DNA from: an uncultured delta proteobacterium
GTDB lineage: Bacteria > Desulfobacterota > Syntrophorhabdia > Syntrophorhabdales > WCHB1-27
Direction of reading: 5' to 3'
Assembly: GCA_963749525.1 (NCBI GenBank)
Contig: CAVVNC010000032.1
Span: 8,693-72,692 of the forward strand
Length of the DNA: 64,000 nt
Of this stretch, positions 42,606 to 52,984 are shown piece after piece. Each line of letters starts with the position of its first letter. Positions within the stretch are counted from its first letter, which is position 1. A program made the translations under genes and the position numbers. A model generated the notes under the pieces. It worked only from the letters and a program-made list of their open reading frames with translations, was not told where the DNA came from and ran no database searches.

Positions 42606-43267
42606 AAGCACTTTTTTCACATAGGCAAAAAAAATCACAGGCGGAAAAGGGGCGGGGGTTTCAATTCGAATTGAGTAATTGAAGGACACCCCCCATCCGC
42701 TCCCAGCCTCGCCGTCTGCTTCAGCCAAGAATTTGATAATTCAATGAACGTCCGTATGCCGTGTAGATCGTATGACTTGCCGGTTGAAGTCCGGCCATGG
42801 GAATTCGGTAGTTCACCCATGTAGCTAGAGGGAGGTGCAAGGGGTAACCCGAAGCATTAAGTTCCCTGACAACGGCCCATTTAGTGGGTCAAGCAAACCT
42901 GCGGGTTGCAGCGAAAGCGAACCTATACGTAGCCTCGTGATTAATAAAGGAGTCGCCGACCCTCTGGACGTCAGGGGAAGGCTGCTATGTCTGTCCTAAC
43001 GATAACTACCAGAACCGACAGACAGGCTTCCGGGGTGGCAGGGGTGACACGCAGGAGAAGCCATGCGAGGGAGCACGGGAGACCCTTCAAGATGCCGATT
43101 ATGGCAACGGGGGGATATAAGGAAACGAAATTTTCCTCGGTCTTGTGAGGGAGTCGGAGTTGCCCATAGTACCGCTCGCATCCCGAAGACAACACAACTT
43201 CGGGAGAGGGAAGGGGCAATGCCTTCATCATGTTTCTGAAGAAGGGAAGGAAGAGGAGATTGCAGCA

Positions 43268-44559
43268 ATGCTAACAACTCCGGAACACATTCAGGAACTT
43301 CAGAAGAAACTATACCAGAAGGCCAAGCAGGATAGTGAGTTCAGGTTTTATGCCCTCTACGACAAGGTGTACCGCAAAGACATCATTGAGCATGCATACC
43401 GCCTTGTCAAAGCCAACAAGGGCGCTCCCGGCGTCGATGGGATCACCTTCGAGGCAATAGAGGAAGGAGCGGAAAGGTACTTAGAGCAGATTGCCGAGGA
43501 ATTAAGAAACAAGACGTACAAGCCCTCACCGGTAAGACGGGTCTACATCCCGAAACCGGATGGGTCCAAAAGGCCGCTGGGGATACCCACGATCAAGGAC
43601 AGGGTGGTCCAGATGGCGGTCAAGCTCGTGATCGAACCCATATTCGAGGCAGACTTTCAGGACAGTTCCTACGGCTTCAGGCCGGGAAGAGACGCCCACC
43701 AGGCGATGGACGAGGTGAGCCTGCAGCTGCGGTGCAAGAACACGCAGGTCATCGATGCGGACATCACGAAGTATTTTGACACGATCCCGCACGATAAACT
43801 GCTCAAGGCCGTGGCAAAGAGAATCGTGGATAAGAACATCCTGAGGCTCATCAAGATGTGGCTGAAAGCTCCAATCGTAGAAGAGGAGGACGGAAAGAGG
43901 ACGTTTAAGGGCAACGATAAAGGGACGCCGCAGGGCGGGGTGATTTCTCCCCTCCTTGCAAACATCTATCTCAATGCCCTCGACGTTGCCATGAAGATGG
44001 CGCGGCTCGTCAGATATGCCGACGATCTTGTGGTGCTGTGCAGATATAACGTCCATAAGACATATGGCAGAATGGCGGACCGTGTTAGAAAGCCTGGGAC
44101 TCACCCTCAGCACTGAGAAGACGAGAATCATCGATGCAACGCAAGAGGGCTTCACCTTTCTCGGATTTACCCACAGATCGCAAAGAGTCCCCGGACAGGC
44201 AAGACGTTCCCTCTCATCGTGCCCTCAAAGAAGGCCATAGGCCGCATCAAGAAAGAGATCAAGGATGCCACGTGCAGGAAGAACCTCGCATTGCCGAAGG
44301 AAGTGACCATTGCGAGACTCAATCATGGCGCTCCGGGGATGGGTCGAACTACTTCTATTACATGAACTGCAGCAAAGCCTTTGCACACCTGAAGAACTAC
44401 ACCGAAGAAAGGGTTCGGATATACCTGAGCCGGAAGCATCGTCTCAGGGGCAGGGGATACACCAAATATCCCAATGCGTATCTTTATGAAAACCTCGGGC
44501 TCTACAGAATACCGACAACCGCTCCATGGACTCAAGCGAAAGCCGCTGGAAGAAGATGA
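43268..44559 (+). CDS. group II intron reverse transcriptase/maturase (two frameshifts near 44050 and 44180)
   Basis: [75 protein letters not shown]. Maturase/X domain ...FTFLGFTH.../...[27 protein letters not shown]... is in ORFs 44016..44240 and 44134..44559. Confidence 0.85.
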
Positions 44560-44565
44560 TTGGAA

Positions 44566-44596
44566 AGCCGTATTCGGGAAAACTGAACGTACGGTT
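44566..44596 (+). ncRNA. group II intron domain V
   Basis: AGCCGUAU-UCGG-GAAAA-CUGA-AC-GUACGGUU shows the AGC triad, a 2-nt AC bulge and a terminal loop, as in the consensus GAGCCGUAUGCGAUGAAAGUCGCACGUACGGUUC. Confidence 0.8.
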
Positions 44597-44749
44597 TGAT
44601 GAGGGGGAGTTGGAAACCGCTAACCGTTATAGGTCTCAGTAGATGCGTGCATCGAAAGGACCAGAAGCGGCTCCAGCCAGGCGCCAGCTCTCTACTCTAC
44701 CTCTCGCTGCCCCAAGATAGAGGGCCTGACTTTGCGGGTCGAGCAGAGC

Positions 44750-46599
44750 AAGTTATGAAGTGATTCCTGAGAAGTAAGCCCCGTTTTCAGGCAATCCGCT
44801 CGCTCACTCACTCCAAGAGCATGTGACTCTCCGGGAAACAAAGCACGCCATCAAAATCGGCCCACGAGAGCTTTGAAACAAGGTAAATGGAACCGGTGCA
44901 GCCATATATGAGCCTTCCCAAGGCAGAAAGGGCCTTGGCCCATCTCTTTATGTTGCAGGCGATCACCTTGCATGCCACGACAAAGCACACCTTTACCAGT
45001 CGTCGTACCCGAAGCCTGCCGATGCCATGAGCCCGCTTCAACTCGGAGTTCGTCGCCTCGATCCCTGAACGTATCTTGTACCGGTCCTTCCATGCGGTCG
45101 TCTGCTGGAGCGCATACATCTGATCCCGGAGGCGAAGCTCAAACGTGATCTCCAGACGGAAGTCTCCCACGGTATCACGAGGCCCGCAGCCTTTGTCGCG
45201 ATGGTTGGGAGCCCGTACCGGACAGCGGTCGAGCATGGTGCATGACCGGCAGATCTCTCCGTCGAAGATCGCATGGAGGGACCGACGGGTGGAGTTGTTG
45301 CCGGAGAGAACGCGGTGGTCTATGGGGTTATGGCCCATGGGGCATTTGGCGACCAAGCCTTCCGGGTCGAATGAGAACAGGTCCCTGCCCACGACCTCGT
45401 CAGATAACCTGCTGCGGTTGACAGGGGTGATGAACTCGATGCCTTGTGCGGTGACCTTCAATACAGAAGGAACGGAAGGGTAACCTCCGTCGGCGAAGAG
45501 AGTCTCAGGCTTCAGGCCTGCCATATCTAACCGCTCGATGGACGGAAGGGCTTTACCAATGTCGGAGCGGGCTGCCCCGTGGACTTCGTAGTCGGTGATG
45601 ATCTCTGCCTTATCATTATTGCAGGTCTCGGTCACATGGAGACTGTAGCCCGGTCCTTTATGTCCGCATGAGGCATCGGGGTCATAAGGGGATTGGAGAG
45701 CGGCCCCTTCGCTTTTCTTTTTCACCTCAACGGATTCGTTGTTTATCTGGCACTGTTCCGAGAGAAGACGTTTCATCAACTGGTAGGGCTCTTCGTCTGA
45801 GAGGTCCTTCTCGAAGAGCACGACAAGCTCATAGAGATACTGCGCCAGCTCTTCCAGTTTGACCTTCTGTTCGGCCGGGCCTAATCCGAACCAGCCTTCA
45901 GGTTCTGTTGCATGCCATTCTTGAATTGCCTTCGGAACCCGCGAGAACTGCTCCTCGCTTAAGCTCTTGAGAAAATGGTCAAGGGTGTGTGAGAACAAGA
46001 CTACTCTTCCCCGGACGCGTATATTGGAGATAATATGGGTGGAATCGAGGCGCTGGTGGGTCGAAGAGAGACCGAGCCCCAAAAGGGCCGAATCTCTTAC
46101 ATTATCGAATACCGCACGGATGAGCTTCATCTCAGGATCTTGTGAAGCCAACCGTCTTCGGAACTCGACGAGGGAGCGGCGGGAGAGGTAGTCTTCTTCA
46201 TCGTGTGCGTCCAGGGCATAGCGCCATCGTATGTCAAAGCTGTAGGCATCCAGGGCTTCCTGGTCGCTTACATCGTTCCACTCCTGCAGAAGACAAAGAC
46301 CTAAAAGACGGGCAACGCTGAAGTTGGGGCGACCTGTCTTCCCATAGAGCATTGCGTAGCGATCTTCGTTCCTGAACAAGATCGGGAGGATTTCGCATCG
46401 GAACAGGTGTGCCCATGAGGATTCGAGGCGGGTGCGCAATGAGGGAGATACCTTCGTCTCTATACCGAACAGCTTCATCTGGGGAGAAGTTTTCTTATAC
46501 ATGCATCAGTATACCATTGTACTTACTTAAATACAATATTTAGGTGACAAAAACGTCAAAAAAGAGGGAGTTACTTCTCAGGAATCTCTGGGCGTCCCT
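44750..46599 (-). mobile_element. IS1182-family insertion sequence (16-bp perfect IRs GATTCCTGAGAAGTAA at 44762-44777 / 46571-46586)
   Basis: The inverted repeats bracket a single 564-aa transposase gene. Extra flanking bases are shared with the MITE at 52310-52472, so the exact termini are uncertain. Confidence 0.8.
44808..46502 (-). CDS. IS1182-family DDE transposase
   Basis: Intact 564 aa. N-terminal ...GRPNFSVARLLGLCLLQEWNDVSDQEALDAYSFDIRWRYAL, FADGGY, C-terminal IEATNSELKRAHGIGRLRVRRL. Confidence 0.85.
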   Translation of the reverse strand: MYKKTSPQMKLFGIETKVSPSLRTRLESSWAHLFRCEILPILFRNEDRYAMLYGKTGRPNFSVARLLGLCLLQEWNDVSDQEALDAYSFDIRWRYALDAHDEEDYLSRRSLVEFRRRLASQDPEMKLIRAVFDNVRDSALLGLGLSSTHQRLDSTHIISNIRVRGRVVLFSHTLDHFLKSLSEEQFSRVPKAIQEWHATEPEGWFGLGPAEQKVKLEELAQYLYELVVLFEKDLSDEEPYQLMKRLLSEQCQINNESVEVKKKSEGAALQSPYDPDASCGHKGPGYSLHVTETCNNDKAEIITDYEVHGAARSDIGKALPSIERLDMAGLKPETLFADGGYPSVPSVLKVTAQGIEFITPVNRSRLSDEVVGRDLFSFDPEGLVAKCPMGHNPIDHRVLSGNNSTRRSLHAIFDGEICRSCTMLDRCPVRAPNHRDKGCGPRDTVGDFRLEITFELRLRDQMYALQQTTAWKDRYKIRSGIEATNSELKRAHGIGRLRVRRLVKVCFVVACKVIACNIKRWAKALSALGRLIYGCTGSIYLVSKLSWADFDGVLCFPESHMLLE

Positions 46600-46970
46600 G
46601 CCCCTCTCCGAGGTGAGGGTTGCCGCAAGAAAGGGTGATTCTGCAACATTAAAGTAAGGCATGAAACAACGTGGCTACGGTCCTTTACTGAGTTATTTAC
46701 TTATTTACGCCCGTCCCTTCTCCTTTCCCGGGGCGCTACGGCAGTCCCATGTTCTTCATTTGCCTTGGGAACCGTAATCGAATATATGCAATCCGATCTT
46801 TCTATCCATTACTGGTCACCAGCGAACGCACAAAGAAGGCATCCTTATTCTTGCTTCCACGGACGCACCCTTGATGCGGGGTCTCGCGTATGGTAGAAAC
46901 GATCTGGAATGCTCCTGTTTGAGCCCGCATGCTGCAGGTGCTTCGAACAAAACTGGTGGGGGAGTAACTC

Positions 46971-48019
46971 ATGAAGAGAATTGATTTGCGCAGCGATACG
47001 GTGACATTGCCGACCGCGCAAATGCGACGAGCGCATGGCGAGTGCCGAGGTAGGCGACGACGTGTATGGCGAAGATCCCACGGTCAGCCGGCTTGGAGGA
47101 AATGGCTGCCGAGAAGATGCGGAAAGGAGGCCGCTCTATTCTTGGCTAGCGGGACGATGGCCAACCTGGTAGCCCTTTTGACCTGGTGCGGACGCGGCGA
47201 CGAGGTGATAGTGGGCGACAGGGCGCACACGTTTCGTCAACGAAGTTGGGGGCATGGCCGCGCTTGGAGGCATCCACCCGAGGACGGTGACGAACCAGCC
47301 CGACGGGACGATGCTTCTTGCCGATTTAGAGAATGCGGTCCGCGGCGAAAACGTGCATTGGCCGCGCACGCGCCTTATCTGCATGGAAAACACGCATAAT
47401 TTCTGCTATGGGTCGCCTCTTTCTCCTGCCTACATGCGAGGAGGTCTCGGACCTCGCGCACCGACGCGGCATAAGGGTTCATACCGATGGAGCGCGCATT
47501 TTCAACGCGGCGGTCGCCCTCGGTTTTCCTTGCCATGAATTTGCCCGGCACACGGACACGATTTCGTTTTGTTTGTCAAAAGGACTGAGCGCGCCGGCCG
47601 GCTCGCTGCTGTGCGGCTCCTAGGGAATTCATCGCCGAGGCCCGCCGGCAGCGCAAGATGGTTGGCGGCGGAATGAGGCAGGCAGGGATCATCGCGGCGG
47701 CGGGCATCGTCGCTCTTGGAGTCCATGATCGATCGCCTCTCTGAAGACCACGAGAACGCTAAGAAGCTGGCGAGAGATATTGCCGAGATTCCCGGCATTA
47801 TCCTCGATCTTGATCGCGTGATAGACGAACATCGTCTTCTTCGATCTGGAAGCCCGGTGTTTTGACTGCGTCCCAACTCGCCGAAGCGCGCCGAGGCCCG
47901 AGGCGTTCTGGTTGGAGTCGTCGGAGAGACGGCGGGTTCGAGTCGTGACCCACTACGGTATTGACCGTGAGGATGTGGAAATCACCATTGGCGCTATCAG
48001 GAGTGCGGTAAGAGAATAG
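46971..48019 (+). pseudogene. ltaE: low-specificity L-threonine aldolase, broken by many (at least 6) frameshifts
   Basis: [125 protein letters not shown] and VVTHYGIDREDVE are scattered over all three frames. Confidence 0.8.
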
Positions 48020-48574
48020 CGAGAAACTAAGGGGTGATCATCCGCTTCACGGAGGAGAGCGAATTGCCGACGTCCAGTTCAAGAAACCCCTCGCGCATCG
48101 AGAATTGAGATGCCTTTGAAAAAGTTTAACTCACGGTTCTTGCTTGCACCAGGGTAGCACAGTGTGACACAATAGCAGAGGGGGCAGACAAACGGAGCCG
48201 TTTCCCATGAAAAGCACGCATAGAAAAACGGCGGGAAAAGAATAGGAAGGAGGAGGGAGCAAAGATATTGACCTTCAAAAAAAGGGAGGAGTAAAAGCAT
48301 GGAAAATGGGCGGAGCAAGAAAGTTTCCCTTGTTTCCGCAAGGGGGATAGGGTCGCAATTTATTTTGCCCGTAGACCTCATCCTTATCCTGGCGACATTT
48401 CATCCCCTGGGGTTTCACAAAGACACCCCACCTTCATCAACGGATGGCTCTCTACAACCCTTCTCTATTTTCTGGATGAGTGCTCGTCGTGGAGGTGGGC
48501 TTTGCAGTCATCGTCGAATTCTCGTGGCTCAAGAAGAGGCAAAGAGCGAAAAACCACTAACGGGGAGGAATGAC

Positions 48575-50171
48575 ATGGGAAAAAACGTTCTGTCCCTTAT
48601 CATCATTTTTGGCTTCATTTTCGTCATGATGGTGATCCGGCATCTGGACGTACAGATCCAAGAAAAAGCAGGGAGCGGAAGACTATTATCTGATGCAGCC
48701 GCGGCATCTCCTGGTGGCTCCTTTCCATGACCATGATGGACAATATGTTCAGCACCTTTTCACCTTCCTGGGCAGCGTGGGGCTTGGCTATACGATACGA
48801 GCACGTCGATCTTGCTTCGTCACCCTGCGGCAACTTGTGGATCGGCATTTACATGATCACCATGGGACAGAGGATGTGGATCCTGGAGAAGGAAACATCA
48901 CTACGTCCCCCTTGTGGATAACCCTCAGCAACCATTACGACGACAGCAAGTTCCTGGAGGTATTCTTGGCGGGGGGACGAGCCGCAGTCTCTTCTCAATT
49001 GCCTACCTGGGCATGATGTACGTGGGCTGCTCCTTCGCGATCAGCACCATCACCGGCGGTCTCATCTCCTATAAGATGGCCCTCGTGCTGATCGTCGTGG
49101 CCGCGTGCGTCTACACCGTCATCGGAGGCATGCGCGCCGTCGTCATCACGGACGCGATGCAGTGGGTCCTGGTTTTGATCACCCTGGTGGCAGCGGTAGT
49201 GATCATCGCCGGTGTCAGAATGCCGGATGCCGGAGTCGTGCGGGGCTTCCGGACAGTAGCGACGAACACGCCGCGGTTGCTTGGGAAGGTGATGCCCGAC
49301 AAGGTCTGGATGGAGATGTTCATCCTCATCTTGCATCGGCTGGTGGTGTTCAGCCCGGCCGTCTCGGCGAGGAATCTCGGTACCGGGACCAGCCAGGGCG
49401 ATTGCCTGGACGGCGGCGAACAACGTTCTTCCATCCCCTTTTCTTCGGGCTCGTCTGCTTCCTGATCGAATGGTCTGCGGATCAGCGGTGTCCAGTCCAA
49501 AAGTTCCCCAGACCTCTTGACAATCTTCTTCCAGGACCGTCATGAAGGAGCGTTTTCCCTGGTGGCTCGGCACCATGATCATGGCCGGCGCCGTGGCGGC
49601 GGCCAAGTCGGTCATCAGTGCCAGCATGTTTCCCTCCCCAGTTAATCACGAGATACATCGCGAGCCGATCTACGGGGAGCTGACGCCCAGGGGAGCGACC
49701 ACGTGAGTACGTCGTGCTCGCCTGCCTGGGCATGGTCTCGGTCGTCATCGGCTGGCTGCCACCGGCGTCTATCATCATCCAGTCGGTTGAGTCTTCGAAC
49801 ACGGGCCTCGCTATGATCGCGCGGTCACGTCGCCGCCCTGTACTGGAGAAGGGCCACGACAGCAGGAGCGATAGCCGGTTTTGTCGGCGGCACATCGTCG
49901 CCGCGGTTATCCGGTTCGGCGGCTTCCAGACGCCGGGGCTCGCGGGTCCCTTTGGTCCTTCATCGCAATGTCGCCCTATCGTCGTGGTGAGCCTCCTCAC
50001 CGCGAGAACCTCGGAGGCGAAGTCGAGAAGATCAACGGGTACGTCGATGCGCAGAATTACGGAAAGGAGCTGAAGCCGGAGACAGGAGGCAATAAAGGTG
50101 CCCATGACGACGGTGTGAGGCCGTCGGGGACATTCAATTTCTTTTCAGAGGAAAAGGAGATCGTAAAATGA
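48575..50171 (+). pseudogene. sodium:solute symporter (SSS) family transporter, heavily frameshifted
   Basis: ATG at 48575 after a GGGGAGGA RBS. Fragments FSTFSPSWAAWGLAI (for ..FTFLGSVGLGY), YMITMGQRMW, GGMRAVVITDAMQWVLVLI. The last frame ends ...EEKEIVK* at 50169-50171 and overlaps the next ATG (ATGA). Confidence 0.7.
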
Positions 50172-51919
50172 ACGACCCGACCAGCAATCCTTACGAATCG
50201 CGTCCGACGCCGGATGGATACCTGACCTATCAAATCACCCTATTCCGGAGCACATAGTGATCGAAAAAGACGTGATGGTTGCAATGCCTGACGGCGTCAG
50301 GCTGGCGTGCAACGTCTATCGTCCCGACAAGACCGGAAGGTTTCCGGTCATCCTGGGCATGACGCCGTATGGGAAGGTAGACACCCCCGGTACAGCCCCG
50401 ACGGCTCTTTCGCTCCAGACTCATATCCAAACTATGTCGACAGGCTCCACACGGGCGGGATCGGCCTCGGCCACCAAAAGATATCCGTGCTTACCGCCTT
50501 CGAATACGCGGACCCTGCCTTCTGGGTCCCAACGGGATGCGGTCATTATCGCGGACCAAAGAGGCGGCTTCAAGTCCGAAGGAAAGCGGCCGACCGCCTT
50601 CGAGGGGGGCGACGACCTGTTTCACCTTGTCGAATGGTCGGCAAGCCAGACGTGGAGCAACGGAAACGTGGGAATGGTCGGCGTCTCGGCCCTGGCCATG
50701 AACCAGTATTACGTTGCCAGCCGTCAACCGCCTTCGCCTCATCTCAAGGCCATTATTCCCTGGGAAGGCATGTCGGACGAATATAGGGGACGCATCGTTT
50801 TGGGGCGGAATCCCGGAAACGAACTTCACGAGAGGGTCCTCAAGGCTTCGATCCAGGCGCTGCCTCCCAAGAAGCACCCCGACGAAGCCGCGAAGTTCTG
50901 GCCGCGGGCATCGACCCTGTGGCGAACCAATCTATGTTGCCGGAGAACGCCAACCTCGAGATCATCTCAGTTCCCGCCTGATCTGCGCTAGTGGACGGAC
51001 AAGGGGACGCATACCCGGGGCACCTTCGAGGTTTTCAGGAGGATCGCTTCGAAGGAGAAGTGGCTTTACGCCCACGGCGGCAATAAATGCCACCGGTTCC
51101 ATAGCGAGGATGGATTGACGTACCAAAAGACATTTTTCGACTATTATTTGAAAGGCGAACCAAACGGCTGGCGGAACCCCCAGGGTGCGGCTCAGGTGCG
51201 CGAGACGAGGGAGGAGTATGAAGTGCGCTTCGAGAAGGAGTTCCCTCTGGCCCGTACCCGCTACAAGAAGCTCTACCTCAACGGCCCGGAAAGTGCCTTG
51301 ATTCCGGAAGCCGCCAAAGACATCCCGAACGGGAGAGTCGTCTACAACTCGACGCAAGGAGGCAGCGCTTCCTTTGGCATCACCTTCGATGAGGATACCG
51401 ATCTGACAGGCTACATGAAGGTTAAGCTCTGGGTGTCATGTGAGGAGGCTGACGATATGGACCTGTTCGTGACAATCAGAAAGTTCTCTGGTCCTTGTAT
51501 CGCGGATACGCCTCTCTGCAAGTCCCTCAGAAAGACGATGGGAGACGACCGCATCGCCCGGGGAAACGAGATCGCCTTCTGGGGTCATGACGGCCTCTGG
51601 CAGGATATGGCGGTAAGGGGCCAGATGAGGGTCTCCCAAAGGGCGCTCGACCCCGCGCTGTCGACTGACTTTCAACCAGTAGAAAAGTTCGAGGGCGAAC
51701 AGAAGCTCAAGCCCGGCGAAATTGTGCCGGTGGAATCGCGATCCCTCCCTCCAGCACCCTGTTCCGCAAGGGCGATAGTCTTCGCCTCTACGTTCAAGGC
51801 CATTGCCCGAACGAGCATTGGGTGACGCAATATGAATGGCTGATCAACAGGGGTAAGCACGTCATCTATTCGGCGGCCCATACGACTCCTACCTGCAAAT
51901 CCCGGTGATTCCCCGGTGA
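50168..51919 (+). pseudogene. CocE/NonD-family (S15 X-Pro dipeptidyl-peptidase-like) hydrolase, heavily frameshifted; 3' end approximate
   Basis: VMVAMPDGVRLACNVYRPDKTGRFPVILGMTPYGK, AVIIADQRGGFKSEG, VEWSASQTWSNGNVGMVGVSALAMNQY, IIPWEGMSD, FFDYYLKGEPNGW, KLYL...DMDLFVTIRK...LRLYVQG lie in different frames. Confidence 0.75.
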
Positions 51920-52309
51920 TCGCCGGCTGGCGGCGCGTGAAGAGCCGTTTCTGGAAGGTCAAGCGCGCCGTCGCCTCGACATCATCCGCGAGTTAGGACA
52001 AATTGAATCCTCATTCGAAAAACGTACCGGGAAGGAGGCTCCACCGCTGCGAAATCTTGATATTTTGCGAAGATTACGCTCTTAGCGGCTCCACCTGCAA
52101 GTCTTCAAGCGCGGTGTGGCCTGCGCCCTCTAAGATTACGGCTGAAAGAAGAGAGAGTTGTCTTCAGGGGTCGGCAAGTGAAAGAAGCGAAGAGCGTTCC
52201 CTATGGGCCTGTTCGAAGGAATAAAATGATAATTCAATGTACGTCCCTGAAGCGCCCCTTTGTCGGCATGACAGCATTCTCGCACGACGCCGGCGAGCTC
52301 GTCAAAATT

Positions 52310-52472
52310 AAGTTATGATGTGATTCCTGAGAAGTAACTCGGTTTTCCGGAATAACGGCGGGTGGTGGCTGCACACTTTACCCATGATTGCGCTAAGTTA
52401 CGAATACTACGATGAGGGCGGTCACCACAAAAGTGAGTTACTTCTCAGGAATCTGATGTTATGGGCGTCCCT
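52310..52472 (+). mobile_element. MITE derived from the IS1182-family element (non-autonomous, about 130-160 bp)
   Basis: AAGTTATGATGTGATTCCTGAGAAGTAAC...GAGTTACTTCTCAGGAATCTGATGTTATGGGCGTCCCT has the same IRs, about 35 nt of subterminal sequence and outer flanks as the IS at 44750-46599, with no ORF. Confidence 0.85.
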
Positions 52473-52823
52473 ATGGTTTCCCTGCCTATGGTTTCCCTGC
52501 AGCCTGGATAAGGGATGATAGGCGGCATCTACTGCACGCCGGACACTGATAACGCTAAGGTGCGGATTCGGCTTTTGAGGTGAGAAACTCGCCGACCAAT
52601 GAAGAGAGCGCGGAAGAAGGCGAGAGGAGAGGTGCGTCGATGAGAAGGGCCGAACAGCTAACCTCTTGGAATCGTTATCGGTGAACTTTGTGCTTGACAG
52701 GAGGACTATAGGATGTCCCTGTTGCCCCTCCCTTACTGAGCAGGTGGGTGACAGATCTGAGGGTCGCGAGCCTCCATTACACTTACAAAGGGTTAAGCTG
52801 GCTGAGTTGTATACGTCGCGTCC

Positions 52824-52852
52824 TTGACATCCGATGCCGTCGTGAATATATT
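52824..52852 (+). promoter_or_regulatory. near-consensus sigma70-type promoter for the 674-aa gene
   Basis: TTGACA (52824-52829), 17-nt spacer, TATATT (52847-52852), 133 nt upstream of the ATG at 52985. Confidence 0.5.
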
Positions 52853-52984
52853 GCGGGCGGAGGACGTGCATAGTTTAATTTGAAAAGAGTCACAAACCAA
52901 CAAGTCAAGAGTGCGTTGAAAACATTGTGGAGAATGGGACGAACACACACTTTTTCTCAACCCTTTAAATGAGGCAAGAAACCC

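Larger units (their letters stand above)
42754..44630 (+). mobile_element. group II intron (ends approximate, 5' end uncertain by about 80 nt)
   Basis: RT/maturase ORF flanked by about 0.5 kb of structured upstream RNA and a canonical domain V 7 nt after the ORF stop. No clean GUGYG 5' end (candidates GTATG at 42754, GTGCA at 42835). The 3' end is placed at ...CGTTAT. Confidence 0.75.

Noticed and set aside
43268-44559. Reverse transcriptase as a retron or DGR component
   Set aside because: The protein has a maturase (X) domain and is followed by a canonical group II domain V. There is no msr/msd-like structure, template/variable repeat pair or accessory effector gene.
52422-52871. 149-aa minus-strand ORF between the MITE and the 674-aa gene
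   Set aside because: It starts in the promoter region of the 674-aa gene and runs into the MITE inverted repeat. There are no motifs and the composition is odd.
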